Positions 34,857 to 45,888 of a stretch of DNA of 61,963 nucleotides are shown one piece after another. The DNA is from Candidatus Omnitrophota bacterium (GTDB lineage Bacteria > Omnitrophota > Gorgyraeia > 2-01-FULL-45-10), in the NCBI GenBank assembly GCA_016929115.1, contig JAFGJL010000077.1:1-61963 (forward strand), read 5' to 3'. The translations under genes were made by a program, and so were the position numbers. How positions within the stretch are numbered: the stretch's first letter is position 1; each line of letters begins with the position of its first letter. The notes under the pieces were generated by a model that worked only from the letters and a program-made list of their open reading frames with translations, had not been told where the DNA came from and made no database searches.

Positions 34857-36620
34857 CTATTTTTTCAACCTGATATGCAACTCGGTCAACTGCTTCTCGT
34901 CTACGACCGAGGGCGCGCTCGTGAGCGGGCAGAAGGCCTTCTGCGTCTTGGGGAAGGCTATCACGTCGCGGATGGAATCGCTGCCGGTGAAGAACGTCAT
35001 GAGCCGGTCGAGCCCGAACGCGAAACCGCCGTGAGGCGGAGCGCCGTACTTGAAGGCGTCGAGAAGGAAGCCGAACCGCACCTTCGCCTCTTCGCCGCTG
35101 ATACCTATGGTCTTAAAGATAAGCTCCTGCATCACCCTGTCATGTATCCTTATGGAGCCGGAACCGATCTCGGTCCCGTTTATCACGAGGTCGTAGGACC
35201 TTGACCTTATCTTGTGCAGGTCCTTCCCGCCTTCAAGAAGGCCGACGTCGTCCGGATGGACCGAGGTGAACGGATGGTGCTCGGACTCCCAACGCTTCTC
35301 ATCGTCGTTATAGTGGAGAAGCGGGAAATCTAGGATCCACAGGAAATCGAACCTCTTTTCATCGATGAGCCCCAGCTTCTTCCCCAGGTGCTTTCGCAGC
35401 GCGGCCATCGAATCGTAGGCGACCTTCGCCTGGTCGGCGACTATGAAGACCATATCGCCGTCCGAAGCATTGACCATGCCTTTTATGGCTGAGAGCTCAT
35501 CCTGCGAGAAGAACTTATCGATCTGCGAGACAAGCTTGCCGCCTTCGGCCTTAAAGTTCGCGAGCCCCTTCGCGCCGTAGGTCTTGGCCAGCTCCACCAG
35601 TTCATCTACCTGGCCGCGCGAATACGCGCCGCACCCATTTGCGGAAAGAGCGATGATCTTGCCGCCTTTTTTGATGACCTCCTGGAATATCTTGAACTGG
35701 CAGCCTTTCACAGCTTCGGTTATCTCTGAGAGCTCAAGGCCGAACCTTATATCGGGCTTGTCGCACCCGAACCGCGCCATCGCCTCACCGTACTTCATGC
35801 GCGGAAAAGGCGTCTTCAGCTCGATACCGCCGGCCTCCTTGAATATCTTCTTCATCAGGCCTTCGCATATCCCGAATATATCGTCCTCGGTGACGAATGA
35901 CATCTCGAGGTCAAACTGGGTGAATTCAGGCTGCCTGTCGGCCCGCAGGTCCTCGTCGCGAAAGCATTTCGCTATCTGGAAGTAGCGGTCGAGCGACGAT
36001 ACCATCAGGAGCTGCTTGAAGAGCTGCGGCGATTGCGGCAGCGCGTAGAACATGCCGGGATTGACGCGCGAAGGAACGAGATAGTCCCTTGCGCCCTCGG
36101 GGGTGGATTTCGTCAGGATCGGCGTCTCGACTTCGACGAAATCCCTCTCATCGAAGTAGTCCCTGGCGACCTTGCAGACCTTGTGGCGCAATCTTAAGGA
36201 CTTCTGCATCATGGGGCGCCTCAGGTCGAGGTACCTGTACTTCAACCGCGACTCCTCGGTTATGACGGCGTTATCCATGACCTCGAAAGGCGGTGTGAGC
36301 GCCTTATTGAGGACCTCGATATCCGCCACCCTGACCTCTATCATGCCCGTAGCGAGCTTAGCGTTCTCTGTGCCTGCAGGCCTCTTCCCGACAACGCCCT
36401 TCACCTTCACGACGAACTCGGCCCGCAGCTCTTCGCCCTTCCTGTGTACAGCCGCGTTGAGTTGCGGGTCGAAGACGATCTGCGTCAGGCCGTAGCCGTC
36501 GCGCACGTCTATGAATATGAGGTTGCCGTGATCGCGCCTGCCGCCGACCCAGCCGCATAGCGTGACAGCTTTACCGATATCCTTCTCGCCCAGTTCACCG
36601 CAAGTATGGGTTCTCAGCAT
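34857..36620 (-). CDS. aspS: aspartate--tRNA ligase
   Basis: MLRTHTCGEL..., an OB-fold, and class II motifs including GGFAFGLDRL. Confidence 0.95.
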   Translation of the reverse strand: MLRTHTCGELGEKDIGKAVTLCGWVGGRRDHGNLIFIDVRDGYGLTQIVFDPQLNAAVHRKGEELRAEFVVKVKGVVGKRPAGTENAKLATGMIEVRVADIEVLNKALTPPFEVMDNAVITEESRLKYRYLDLRRPMMQKSLRLRHKVCKVARDYFDERDFVEVETPILTKSTPEGARDYLVPSRVNPGMFYALPQSPQLFKQLLMVSSLDRYFQIAKCFRDEDLRADRQPEFTQFDLEMSFVTEDDIFGICEGLMKKIFKEAGGIELKTPFPRMKYGEAMARFGCDKPDIRFGLELSEITEAVKGCQFKIFQEVIKKGGKIIALSANGCGAYSRGQVDELVELAKTYGAKGLANFKAEGGKLVSQIDKFFSQDELSAIKGMVNASDGDMVFIVADQAKVAYDSMAALRKHLGKKLGLIDEKRFDFLWILDFPLLHYNDDEKRWESEHHPFTSVHPDDVGLLEGGKDLHKIRSRSYDLVINGTEIGSGSIRIHDRVMQELIFKTIGISGEEAKVRFGFLLDAFKYGAPPHGGFAFGLDRLMTFFTGSDSIRDVIAFPKTQKAFCPLTSAPSVVDEKQLTELHIRLKK

Positions 36621-37894
36621 ATCCTTTTCTTTATCTCCTCGACGACAGCCGTCCTGTCGATCAATACCTGCTCTCCGCCTTCGGCCATGTCCTTTATGGC
36701 AAGCTTGCCCTGCCTCATCTCGTCCTCTCCCATGATCACTACCGCCTTAGCGCCGTTCTTGTCCGCGCTCCTCATCTGGGATTTGAGCGACGACTCCTTC
36801 AGGTCTATGAGCGTTACCACATTTACCTCATGCAAGTCGTTCAGCTTACTCCGCAGTTCCTCAGCCAGCTTCAGGCCCTCGACCTTCGCCTCTTCGCCTA
36901 AGGTGGCTATATAGATCACGGCCGGCCTGGTAAAGGATCCTTTTTTTTCACCAAGCGCCAGTATCACGCGCTCTATGCCGAGGGCAAAACCTATGGCGCC
37001 GGTATCAGGGCCGCCCATATCCTTTATAAGGTTGTCGTACCTTCCACCGGCAGCGATCGCGTCCTGGCCGCCGAGGGCCGGATGCGTCACCTCGAATACG
37101 GTCCCGGTATAATAATCCAGCCCTCTCACCAGGTTCTTCGCGATATCGACTTCTATCTTCAGGGCCTCGAGGATCTGTCTTACCCTGGAGAAATGGGCCG
37201 CGCATTCGGCGCATAAGCTGTCGATGACATTCGGCGCATTGCGCACGAGCTGTACGCAGGTTTCGTTCTTGCAATCGAGTACGCGCAGGACGTTCTTGTC
37301 CAGGCGCGTTTTGCAGTCGTCGCAGAGCCTGCTCTTTTCGCCTTTTAAATAGGCCTTCAGTTTTTCCGCGAACGCATCCTTGTCCTTCCTGCAACCGAGG
37401 CTGTTCAGCTTTATCACGAAACCCTCAAGGCCGAAGGCGCGCAAAAGACCGTCAAGCCGCATTATGGCCTCGGCATCGACCTGGGGAGAGCGCGAGCCGA
37501 TCACCTCAACGCCCACCTGGTGGAACTGCCGCGAGCGCCCTTTCTGGGGCCGCTCGGCCCTGAACATCGGGCCGATGTAATAAAGGCGCAGCTCGGGCGA
37601 GACTTTATCGAGGGAATGCTCTATATAGGAGCGGACGATGGGCGCGGTGCCCTCAGGCCTTAAGGTCAGCGACCTTTCTTTCCTGTCGCTGAAGGTATAC
37701 ATCTCCTTTGTCACGATATCGGTGGTCTCGCCGATACTCCTGATGAAGACGGCCGTCTCTTCCAGCATCGGCGTGCGTATCTCCCGGTATCCGTAAGACT
37801 CGAGCTCCGCGCGCGAGCGGCGTTCGAGCTCCTGCCAGACGCCGGCATCCTGCGGCAGTATATCCTCCATCCCCCTTATCGACTTATAGCTCAT
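36614..37894 (-). CDS. hisS: histidine--tRNA ligase
   Basis: RGMEDILP, class II HisRS motifs, and a C-terminal anticodon-binding domain. Confidence 0.95.
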   Translation of the reverse strand: MSYKSIRGMEDILPQDAGVWQELERRSRAELESYGYREIRTPMLEETAVFIRSIGETTDIVTKEMYTFSDRKERSLTLRPEGTAPIVRSYIEHSLDKVSPELRLYYIGPMFRAERPQKGRSRQFHQVGVEVIGSRSPQVDAEAIMRLDGLLRAFGLEGFVIKLNSLGCRKDKDAFAEKLKAYLKGEKSRLCDDCKTRLDKNVLRVLDCKNETCVQLVRNAPNVIDSLCAECAAHFSRVRQILEALKIEVDIAKNLVRGLDYYTGTVFEVTHPALGGQDAIAAGGRYDNLIKDMGGPDTGAIGFALGIERVILALGEKKGSFTRPAVIYIATLGEEAKVEGLKLAEELRSKLNDLHEVNVVTLIDLKESSLKSQMRSADKNGAKAVVIMGEDEMRQGKLAIKDMAEGGEQVLIDRTAVVEEIKKRIC

Positions 37895-38167
37895 CTACTT
37901 CACCTTCTTCTTCATCACCATCCCGGACTTGAAGGAGACGATCTTTTTCTCCGGTATCGGGACAGTGACGCCGGTCTTGGGATTGCGGCCGACCCTCGGC
38001 TTCCTCGCCTTCACCTTGAAGACGCCGAAATTGCGAAGCTCGACCGTCTTACCCTCGACCAGCGCCTCTATTATATGGTCGAGCGTCCCCTGGACTATCT
38101 TCTTCACGTCTATCTGCTTTATGCCCGTCTCTTCGGCGATCTTGAGTACTATGTCTTTCTTTGTCAT
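37895..38167 (-). CDS. HU/IHF-family DNA-binding protein
   Basis: 90 aa. ...VELRNFGVFKVKARKPRVGRNPKTG arm motif. Confidence 0.9.
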   Translation of the reverse strand: MTKKDIVLKIAEETGIKQIDVKKIVQGTLDHIIEALVEGKTVELRNFGVFKVKARKPRVGRNPKTGVTVPIPEKKIVSFKSGMVMKKKVK

Positions 38168-38204
38168 TGTTATTCTCCGCGAAGGCCCAGGGCCGAGCTT
38201 TTAC

Positions 38205-38265
38205 CTAGTTCCCGGCCGGGGCGGGAACTAGAGATTTCTTGTTTCCCGCCCCGGCCGGGAACTAG
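38205..38265. other. perfect 23-bp GC-rich inverted repeat with 15-nt loop
   Basis: ctagttcccggccggggcgggaa (38205..38227) is the exact reverse complement of ttcccgccccggccgggaactag (38243..38265). Confidence 0.9.
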
Positions 38266-38283
38266 GCCCATGGACCCTTGGCT

Positions 38284-38700
38284 CTATCTCCTATCAAATA
38301 CGCGCTTAAGGAAAACGGCGACCGGATGGAACTGTTCCAGGCGCTTCTTCTTGTTCTTGAGACGCTCCAGGACGCTGTTAAGGAATATATAAGAGTCCCT
38401 CCAGTCATCATTGACCTTCTTCAGGTGCTTCTCGGACATGAAGCTGACGCTGTTGATAGAGAGGATATCGTTTACCGGGTCCGTCAGGCGCGAGTGCGGC
38501 ATGTATTTGAATTCCAGGCCGCCCCTCAAGGCCTCATACTTTGACGTGATCAGATCCTTCGTCTCCAGGAACTTCTTCTCCTCGTCCTTGGATATGATCT
38601 CCTTGGATATGGTCGTCTCGTATATGGAGTGGAACTTTGTCCAGAACTCCAGGAAATTTTTGAGGTCCTTTATGTCGGTCTCTGTCTTTTTGTCTATCAT
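38284..38700 (-). CDS. hypothetical protein
   Basis: 138-aa ORF downstream of dnaE. No family recognised. Confidence 0.55.
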   Translation of the reverse strand: MIDKKTETDIKDLKNFLEFWTKFHSIYETTISKEIISKDEEKKFLETKDLITSKYEALRGGLEFKYMPHSRLTDPVNDILSINSVSFMSEKHLKKVNDDWRDSYIFLNSVLERLKNKKKRLEQFHPVAVFLKRVFDRR

Positions 38701-38748
38701 AACATGTTATCGCGCAATAGGTTATGCTATCATCTCATCCGGGCAATG

Positions 38749-41700
38749 TCAAGACCTGAAGTTCACGACGTTCTGGCCGAAAAGCTTCTCGACATCGCGC
38801 ACCAGCCCCTCGTGCGGCTCCACGCAGAAGCTCTTGCCGATCGAGACCACGGTGCGCGTTCCGTCAGGCTTTACGAAATGCAGCGCGACCGGCACCTTGC
38901 CGGGATAGCGGGACAGCACCTTCTTCAGGTTATCCAGCACGTGCTTCTCCAGGCCGGCCATCACAAGCTCTATCGCGACCGCCTTCGTATATTTCGAGCG
39001 CACGGCATCTATGGAGACGAGCTCGTTCGCCACGATCTTGGGTTCCTCCTCGCGAAGGTTCAGGCGGCCGCTCACGAAGACGATCGCCTCGGGCTTCACG
39101 AGGGCAGCGGCCTTGGCGAAGGTAGACGGGAATATGAGGACGTCGACCGTGCCCTCGAGGTCTTCGAGCGTGGTTATAGCCATCTTCTCACCCGTCCTTT
39201 TCGTAACGGTGAGCTTAACCTTGCTCAATATCCCGCCTATGCGGACCTCGTCACCGTCCGCGCGCGTCCTGAGCGTGGCGGTGGTCACCGTCGAATATGC
39301 TTTAAGCATCTTGTCGAACTGGGCGAGCGGGTGTTTCGTCACGTAAAAGCCGAGGAGTTCCTTCTCATATGCCAGGAGCTGGTTTTCCGTCCACTCCTGT
39401 ATGTTCGGTACATCCTGCTGCCCCTTCGTCGCCTGCTCCTGCGCCTCGAACGTCTCGAAGAACGACATCTGGCCGTTCGCCCGGTCCTTCTGGACGCCGC
39501 TGGCGACATCGAGCGCCCTGTCGACCATCGCCGAGAGCTGCGAGCGGTAGAGGCCGAGCGAATCCATAGCCCCGCACTTGATAAGGCTCTCGATGACCTT
39601 GCGGTTCACGAGCCGCGAATCTACCTTGCCGGTAAAGTCGTATATCGATTTGAACTTGCCGTATCTCTTGCGCATCGCTATGATCGACTCGATGGCGCCC
39701 TCGCCCACGTTCTTCACCGCGGCGAGGCCGAACCTTATCGCGTCGCCCGCGACCGTGAAGTTGGCGTAGCTCTCGTTGATGTCCGGCGGCAGTATCTTGA
39801 TGTTCATCCTGACGCATTCGGTGATGTACTGGGCGATCTTGTCCAGGTTGTCCTTTTCCGACGTGAGGAGCGCCGCCATGAACTCCACCGGATAGTTCGC
39901 CTTGAGGTAGGCGGTCCGGTAACTGATCATCGCATAGGCGGCCGAGTGGGATTTGTTGAACCCGTATCCGGCGAAATACTCTATCTGGTTGAATATCTTC
40001 TCGCCGACCTTCTTTTCGACGCGGCGGTCTATGCAGCCGTGGATGAAGAGGTCCCTCATCTGGGCCATCTTCTCCGGCTCCTTCTTTGCCATGGCGCGGC
40101 GCAGGTTATCGGCTTGGGCCATGGAAAAGCCGGCTAGCGCCGAGGCGATCCTCATCGCCTGCTCCTGGTAGAGGATGATGCCGTAGGTCTCCTTGAGGAT
40201 CGGCTCAAGCAGCGGGTGGTCATAGCGCACAGTTATCTCGCCGTGCTTGCGCTTCATGAAGTCGTCGAGCATGCCTGAGCCAAGCGGGCCGGGCCTGTAG
40301 AGCGCGATGAGCGCTATGATATCCTCGAACCGCTGCGGCTTCATCTTTTTCAGCAGGTCGCGCATGCCCGAACTTTCAAGCTGGAACACGCCGGCAGTCT
40401 CGGCGTTCACGAGAAGCTTGTACGTCTTCTTGTCGTCCAACTCGATCTTGTCGAGCGCGAGCTCTACGCTCTTAGTACGCTTCAGTATCTTGACCGTCTC
40501 GCTGATAACGGTCAGCGTCTTCAGGCCCAGGAAGTCCATCTTCAGGAGGCCTATCTTGCCGACCGAGTCCATTGAATAGCCGGTGGTGATCTGGTTATCC
40601 TGGACCTTGTAAAGCGGCACGTAATTGACCAGCGGCTTTTGGCTTATGACGACGCCCGCGGCATGCGTGGAGGCATGGCGCGTCAGGCCCTCGAGGACAA
40701 GAGAGGTCTCGATGAGCTGCGCGATCTTCGGGTCGGTCTTATAGAGGTTCCTCAGCTCCGGCTCTATCGTAAGCGCGCGCTCGAGCGTCATGTCGAGTTC
40801 CGGCGGCACGAGCTTCGCTATCCTGTCGACATCGCCGTACGGTATGCCTAGAGCCCTGCCTACATCGCGGATGACGGCCCTGGCCTTCATCGTCCCGAAA
40901 GTTATGATCTGGGCGACATTGTCCTTCGAATATTTCTTCACGACATAGTCGATGACCTCGCCCCTGCGCTCATAGCAAAAATCGATATCGATATCCGGAG
41001 GGCTTATGCGCTCGGGATTCAGGAAGCGTTCGAAGAGGAGGTCGTATTTCAGGGGGTCGATGTCGGTAATGCCGAGGGCGTAGCTGACGACCGAACCCGC
41101 GGCGCTTCCCCTGCCGGGGCCCACCGGTATGCCGTTCTGCTTGGCGTAATTTATGAAATCAAGCACTATGAGGAAGTAGCTGGTGTAGCCGAACTTCTCG
41201 ATGACCTTAAGCTCGTGCTCCACCCTGTCGGAGAGCGTCTTATCCGCGGCGCCGTAACGCGCCTTGATGCCGTCCTGGACAAGGCCCCTCAGATACTCTT
41301 CGCGCGTCTTTCCGGCAGGCGGCTCGTAATGAGGCATATGCGATGTCTTGAAATCCAATTCTACGTTGCATTTTTCGGCTATCGCCAGGGTGTTCTTCAG
41401 CGCCTCCGGAGCGACCGAACCGAAGGTGCGGGCCATCTCCTCCCTGGACTTCAGGTAGAACTCGTTGGTGGACATGCGCATCCTGTTAGGGTCCTCGATG
41501 GTCGTCTGCGTCTGGATGGAGAGAAGCACTTCGTGGGCCGCGGCGTGGCTTTTTTCTATATAGTGGACGTCGTTGGTAGCTACGAGGCCCAGGCCTGTCT
41601 CTTTCGACAGCTGTATGAGAGCTTCGTTCACCTTGTCCTGCTCGGGGATCAGGTTATCCTGTATCTCGAGGTAGAGATCGTCCTTGCCGAAGATGCCCAT

Positions 41701-42195
41701 ATATTCGCTGAGGGCTTTCTTGGCCTGGTCGTATTGATTGGTCTTTATAAGGTGCGGGACCTCACCCTTAAGGCAGCTTGTAAGGCAGATGAGGCCGTCC
41801 TTATGCTGGGCGAGGATCTCCTTGTCGATCCTCGGGCGGTAATAGAAGCCTTCAAGGAATCCGGCGGAGACGAGCTTCATAAGGTTCTTGTAGCCGGTCT
41901 CGTTCTTGGCAAGCAGTATCAGGTGGAAGGAGGCGTCCTGTATGCCGTGGCTTGATTTCTCGAACCGCGAGCCCGGCGCGATGTAGACCTCGCTGCCTAT
42001 TATAGGCTTTATGCCGTGTTTCATCGCGAGCTCGTAGAATTCTACGGCGCCGAACATGTTGCCGTGGTCGGTTATGGCGCACGCCGGCATCCTGTATTCC
42101 TTGACCTTTTTCAGGAGACTACCAAGGATGCACGCGCCGTCCAGGAGGCTGTACTGCGTGTGGACGTGAAGATGGACAAACTCGGAGTGAGTCAT
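38749..42195 (-). CDS. dnaE: DNA polymerase III alpha subunit
   Basis: PHP N-terminus FVHLHVHTQYSLLDGA. Full-length DnaE similarity, 1148 aa. Confidence 0.95.
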   Translation of the reverse strand: MTHSEFVHLHVHTQYSLLDGACILGSLLKKVKEYRMPACAITDHGNMFGAVEFYELAMKHGIKPIIGSEVYIAPGSRFEKSSHGIQDASFHLILLAKNETGYKNLMKLVSAGFLEGFYYRPRIDKEILAQHKDGLICLTSCLKGEVPHLIKTNQYDQAKKALSEYMGIFGKDDLYLEIQDNLIPEQDKVNEALIQLSKETGLGLVATNDVHYIEKSHAAAHEVLLSIQTQTTIEDPNRMRMSTNEFYLKSREEMARTFGSVAPEALKNTLAIAEKCNVELDFKTSHMPHYEPPAGKTREEYLRGLVQDGIKARYGAADKTLSDRVEHELKVIEKFGYTSYFLIVLDFINYAKQNGIPVGPGRGSAAGSVVSYALGITDIDPLKYDLLFERFLNPERISPPDIDIDFCYERRGEVIDYVVKKYSKDNVAQIITFGTMKARAVIRDVGRALGIPYGDVDRIAKLVPPELDMTLERALTIEPELRNLYKTDPKIAQLIETSLVLEGLTRHASTHAAGVVISQKPLVNYVPLYKVQDNQITTGYSMDSVGKIGLLKMDFLGLKTLTVISETVKILKRTKSVELALDKIELDDKKTYKLLVNAETAGVFQLESSGMRDLLKKMKPQRFEDIIALIALYRPGPLGSGMLDDFMKRKHGEITVRYDHPLLEPILKETYGIILYQEQAMRIASALAGFSMAQADNLRRAMAKKEPEKMAQMRDLFIHGCIDRRVEKKVGEKIFNQIEYFAGYGFNKSHSAAYAMISYRTAYLKANYPVEFMAALLTSEKDNLDKIAQYITECVRMNIKILPPDINESYANFTVAGDAIRFGLAAVKNVGEGAIESIIAMRKRYGKFKSIYDFTGKVDSRLVNRKVIESLIKCGAMDSLGLYRSQLSAMVDRALDVASGVQKDRANGQMSFFETFEAQEQATKGQQDVPNIQEWTENQLLAYEKELLGFYVTKHPLAQFDKMLKAYSTVTTATLRTRADGDEVRIGGILSKVKLTVTKRTGEKMAITTLEDLEGTVDVLIFPSTFAKAAALVKPEAIVFVSGRLNLREEEPKIVANELVSIDAVRSKYTKAVAIELVMAGLEKHVLDNLKKVLSRYPGKVPVALHFVKPDGTRTVVSIGKSFCVEPHEGLVRDVEKLFGQNVVNFRS

Positions 42196-42216
42196 TGAGG
42201 CCTGTAAACTACATTT

Positions 42217-42304
42217 TAGCGTATAGCGTTTAGCGGATAGAAAAATAGGATCGGTTGCCCCAAAAAGTTTTAACTATACGCTAAACGCTATCCGCTATAC
42301 GCTA
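42217..42304. repeat. REP-like palindromic element, copy 2
   Basis: Left arm tagcgtatagcgtttagcggatag, 33-nt loop, right arm ctatacgctaaacgctatccgctatacgcta. The right arm is identical over 31 nt to that of copy 3. Confidence 0.9.
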
Positions 42305-42308
42305 GAAA

Positions 42309-43472
42309 TTATTTACCCATCCCGACCCGCTGGGCTACCTGGAACACCTTGCCCTCTGTCTGGATGGACGGGGCTATTATGATATCTGTCTTGTGCATCT
42401 CTTTGACGGTCCTGGCGCCCACGTTGCCCATGGATGTCTGGAGCGCCCCAATAAGGTTCTGGGAGCCGTCGTCGACCTTGGCCGGGCCGTAGAGTATCTC
42501 TTCGAGCGTGCCGCTCACACCGACCCTTATCCTGGTGCCTCTCGGAAGGTTCGCGTGAGGCGTCGCCATGCCCCAGTGGTAGCCCCTGCCGGGCGCTTCC
42601 TGGGACCTTGCGAAGGCGGAGCCCACCATGACCGCGTCGGCCCCGCAAGCGAACGCCTTACAGATGTCGCCGCCGGTGGACATCCCGCCGTCCGTGATGA
42701 TCGGGATGTATTTTTTCTTCTTCTTGTAATACGCGTCGCGCGCCGCGGCGCAGTCTATCGTCGCGGTCACCTGCGGGACGCCGATGCCCAGCACTCCCCG
42801 CGTGGTGCACGCGGCTCCCGGGCCTATGCCGACAAGGAGACCGCTGCAACCGGTGTCGAACAGATCCAGCGCCACCTCGTAAGTAACGCAGTTACCGATG
42901 ATGACCGGGACCTTCATGAACTTGCAGAACTTGTGGAAATCGAGCGATTTGTAGGCCTTCGAGACATGTTTGACCGTTGTGACCGTGGACTGGACGATGA
43001 AGATATCGGCGCCCGCCTCCTGCGCGATGGCGCCGAAGCGTTCCGCCCTCTGCGGGATCGCGCTCACGATCGCCGGAACGCCCTCTTTCTTGATCTCTCG
43101 TATCCTTTTTGAAACGAGGTGCTCTTTTATCGGCTCGACATAAAGGCCCTGCACAAGCTTGGTGGCCTCTTCGGGCGTCGCGCCCGCTATCTTGTCAAGT
43201 ACGTCATCAGGGTTTTCATAGCGCGTCTGCACGCCTTCGAGATTGAGAACGGCCAGTCCGCCCATCTTCCCCATCGCGATCGCGAACTTTACGTCGACAA
43301 CGCCGTCCATGGCGGCAGCCAGTATCGGCACGCGGTATTTCTTCTTGCTGATCTCGACTGAGGTGTCCACTTCCTCCGGATTGATCGTGACCCTGCCGGG
43401 GACAAGCGCGATCTCGTCAAAGCCGTAGCACCTCCGCGCCTTCCTCTCAACGCCAATATAGAATTGCGCCAT
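42309..43472 (-). CDS. GuaB3-type IMP-dehydrogenase-related protein (no CBS pair)
   Basis: TIM-barrel IMPDH-like sequence (FDEIALVPG..., GIGPGAACTTR). 387 aa. Confidence 0.8.
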   Translation of the reverse strand: MAQFYIGVERKARRCYGFDEIALVPGRVTINPEEVDTSVEISKKKYRVPILAAAMDGVVDVKFAIAMGKMGGLAVLNLEGVQTRYENPDDVLDKIAGATPEEATKLVQGLYVEPIKEHLVSKRIREIKKEGVPAIVSAIPQRAERFGAIAQEAGADIFIVQSTVTTVKHVSKAYKSLDFHKFCKFMKVPVIIGNCVTYEVALDLFDTGCSGLLVGIGPGAACTTRGVLGIGVPQVTATIDCAAARDAYYKKKKKYIPIITDGGMSTGGDICKAFACGADAVMVGSAFARSQEAPGRGYHWGMATPHANLPRGTRIRVGVSGTLEEILYGPAKVDDGSQNLIGALQTSMGNVGARTVKEMHKTDIIIAPSIQTEGKVFQVAQRVGMGK

Positions 43473-43538
43473 TTCTAACTCCTCTATATAATGGTAATGA
43501 GTAATTTAATCAAAATACCATCTAAAGATTAGATAACA

Positions 43539-43567
43539 ATGATACAGAATACTCACCATGTTGTCAA
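43539..43567 (-). promoter_or_regulatory. sigma70-type promoter TTGACA-17-TATCAT
   Basis: Read on the minus strand, upstream of the guaB3-like gene. Confidence 0.4.
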
Positions 43568-43571
43568 CGAC

Positions 43572-43603
43572 AAAAAGGGCCCCGGGTCAAGCCCGGAGCC
43601 CTT
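43572..43603 (-). terminator. intrinsic terminator after groEL
   Basis: aagggc...ccggg-tcaag-cccgg...gccctt nested stem. TTTTTG follows on the minus strand. Confidence 0.7.
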
Positions 43604-43632
43604 TACTTATTACTCTTTACTCTTTACTGCTT

Positions 43633-45288
<1,656 letters not shown>

Positions 45289-45297
45289 CTATCGTTT

Positions 45298-45365
45298 TAG
45301 CGTTTAGCGTGGAGCGTATAGCGTTTAGTTCTTTCTATACGCTAAACGCTATCCGCTATACGCTA
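45298..45365. repeat. REP-like palindromic element, copy 3 (groES-groEL spacer)
   Basis: Left arm tagcgtttagcgtggagcgtatagcgtttag. The two arms are separated by a short ttcttt loop. Right arm ctatacgctaaacgctatccgctatacgcta. 25 of 31 positions are complementary. The terminal CTA is the groES stop codon. Confidence 0.9.
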
Positions 45366-45650
45366 TTTCACTATTGCCAGTATGTCCTCTTCCTTTAATA
45401 TAAGGTACTCCTTGCCGTCGATCGATATCTCGGTCCCGGAATATTTCCCGAAAAGGACCTTATCGCCGACCTTCACCTCGGGCGGCACGACCTTGCCCTC
45501 ATCGGAGACCTTACCCTTGCCGACAGCGACGACCTCCGCCTCCTGCGGCTTCTCCTTCGCGGTGTCGGGAAGGACGATGCCTCCCTTCGTCACCTCTTTG
45601 GCCTCTAAGACGCTCACTACGATCCTGTCCGCCAATGGATGTATCTTCAT
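45363..45650 (-). CDS. groES: co-chaperonin GroES
   Basis: [12 protein letters not shown]...[13 protein letters not shown]... Confidence 0.97.
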   Translation of the reverse strand: MKIHPLADRIVVSVLEAKEVTKGGIVLPDTAKEKPQEAEVVAVGKGKVSDEGKVVPPEVKVGDKVLFGKYSGTEISIDGKEYLILKEEDILAIVK

Positions 45651-45702
45651 ACCCTACACCTCCTTTTTGTTTTTAACTAACAACTGGCAACTAGCAACTG
45701 AA

Positions 45703-45729
45703 TTAGCACTCACTTCTATCGAGTGCTAA
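45703..45729. promoter_or_regulatory. CIRCE operator (HrcA binding site)
   Basis: TTAGCACTC-N9-GAGTGCTAA is a perfect match to the consensus. It lies between the promoter and groES. Confidence 0.9.
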
Positions 45730-45738
45730 CAAAAGAGT

Positions 45739-45766
45739 ATTATACATCACGCGCAAAAGTTGTCAA
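45739..45766 (-). promoter_or_regulatory. consensus sigma70 promoter TTGACA-16-TATAAT for groESL
   Basis: Read on the minus strand, immediately upstream of CIRCE. Confidence 0.6.
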
Positions 45767-45780
45767 GGATTTTTTTGCTC

Positions 45781-45829
45781 CCCCGTCATTGCGATGAGTC
45801 CCGCCACAGGCGACCGACTAAGCAATCTA
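45781..45829 (-). repeat. short repeat (AGATTGCTT...CGCAATGACGG core), copy 1, downstream of the giant gene
   Basis: The reverse complement reads tagattgcttagtcggtcgcctgtggcgggactcatcgcaatgacgggg. It shares both end blocks with copy 2 at 51775..51816. Confidence 0.7.
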
Positions 45830-45833
45830 AAAA

Positions 45834-45875
45834 ATAGGGACAGATACCGTTTAAACAACCGGTTGCTGTCCCTAT
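45834..45875 (-). terminator. intrinsic terminator after the giant gene
   Basis: atagggacag pairs with ctgtccctat. TTTTTT follows on the minus strand. Confidence 0.75.
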
Positions 45876-45888
45876 TTATTCTTAAATT

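Noticed and set aside
38629-40137. Long antisense or overlapping ORFs inside dnaE. The same pattern occurs in ppdK (28625..29646), glyQS (31053..31910), the sigma factor gene (26997..27803), groEL, valS and others.
   Set aside because: All lie opposite or out of frame to confidently identified genes. They have Arg/Pro/Leu/Gly-skewed composition and disappear in the AT-richer giant gene, which marks them as compositional artefacts.
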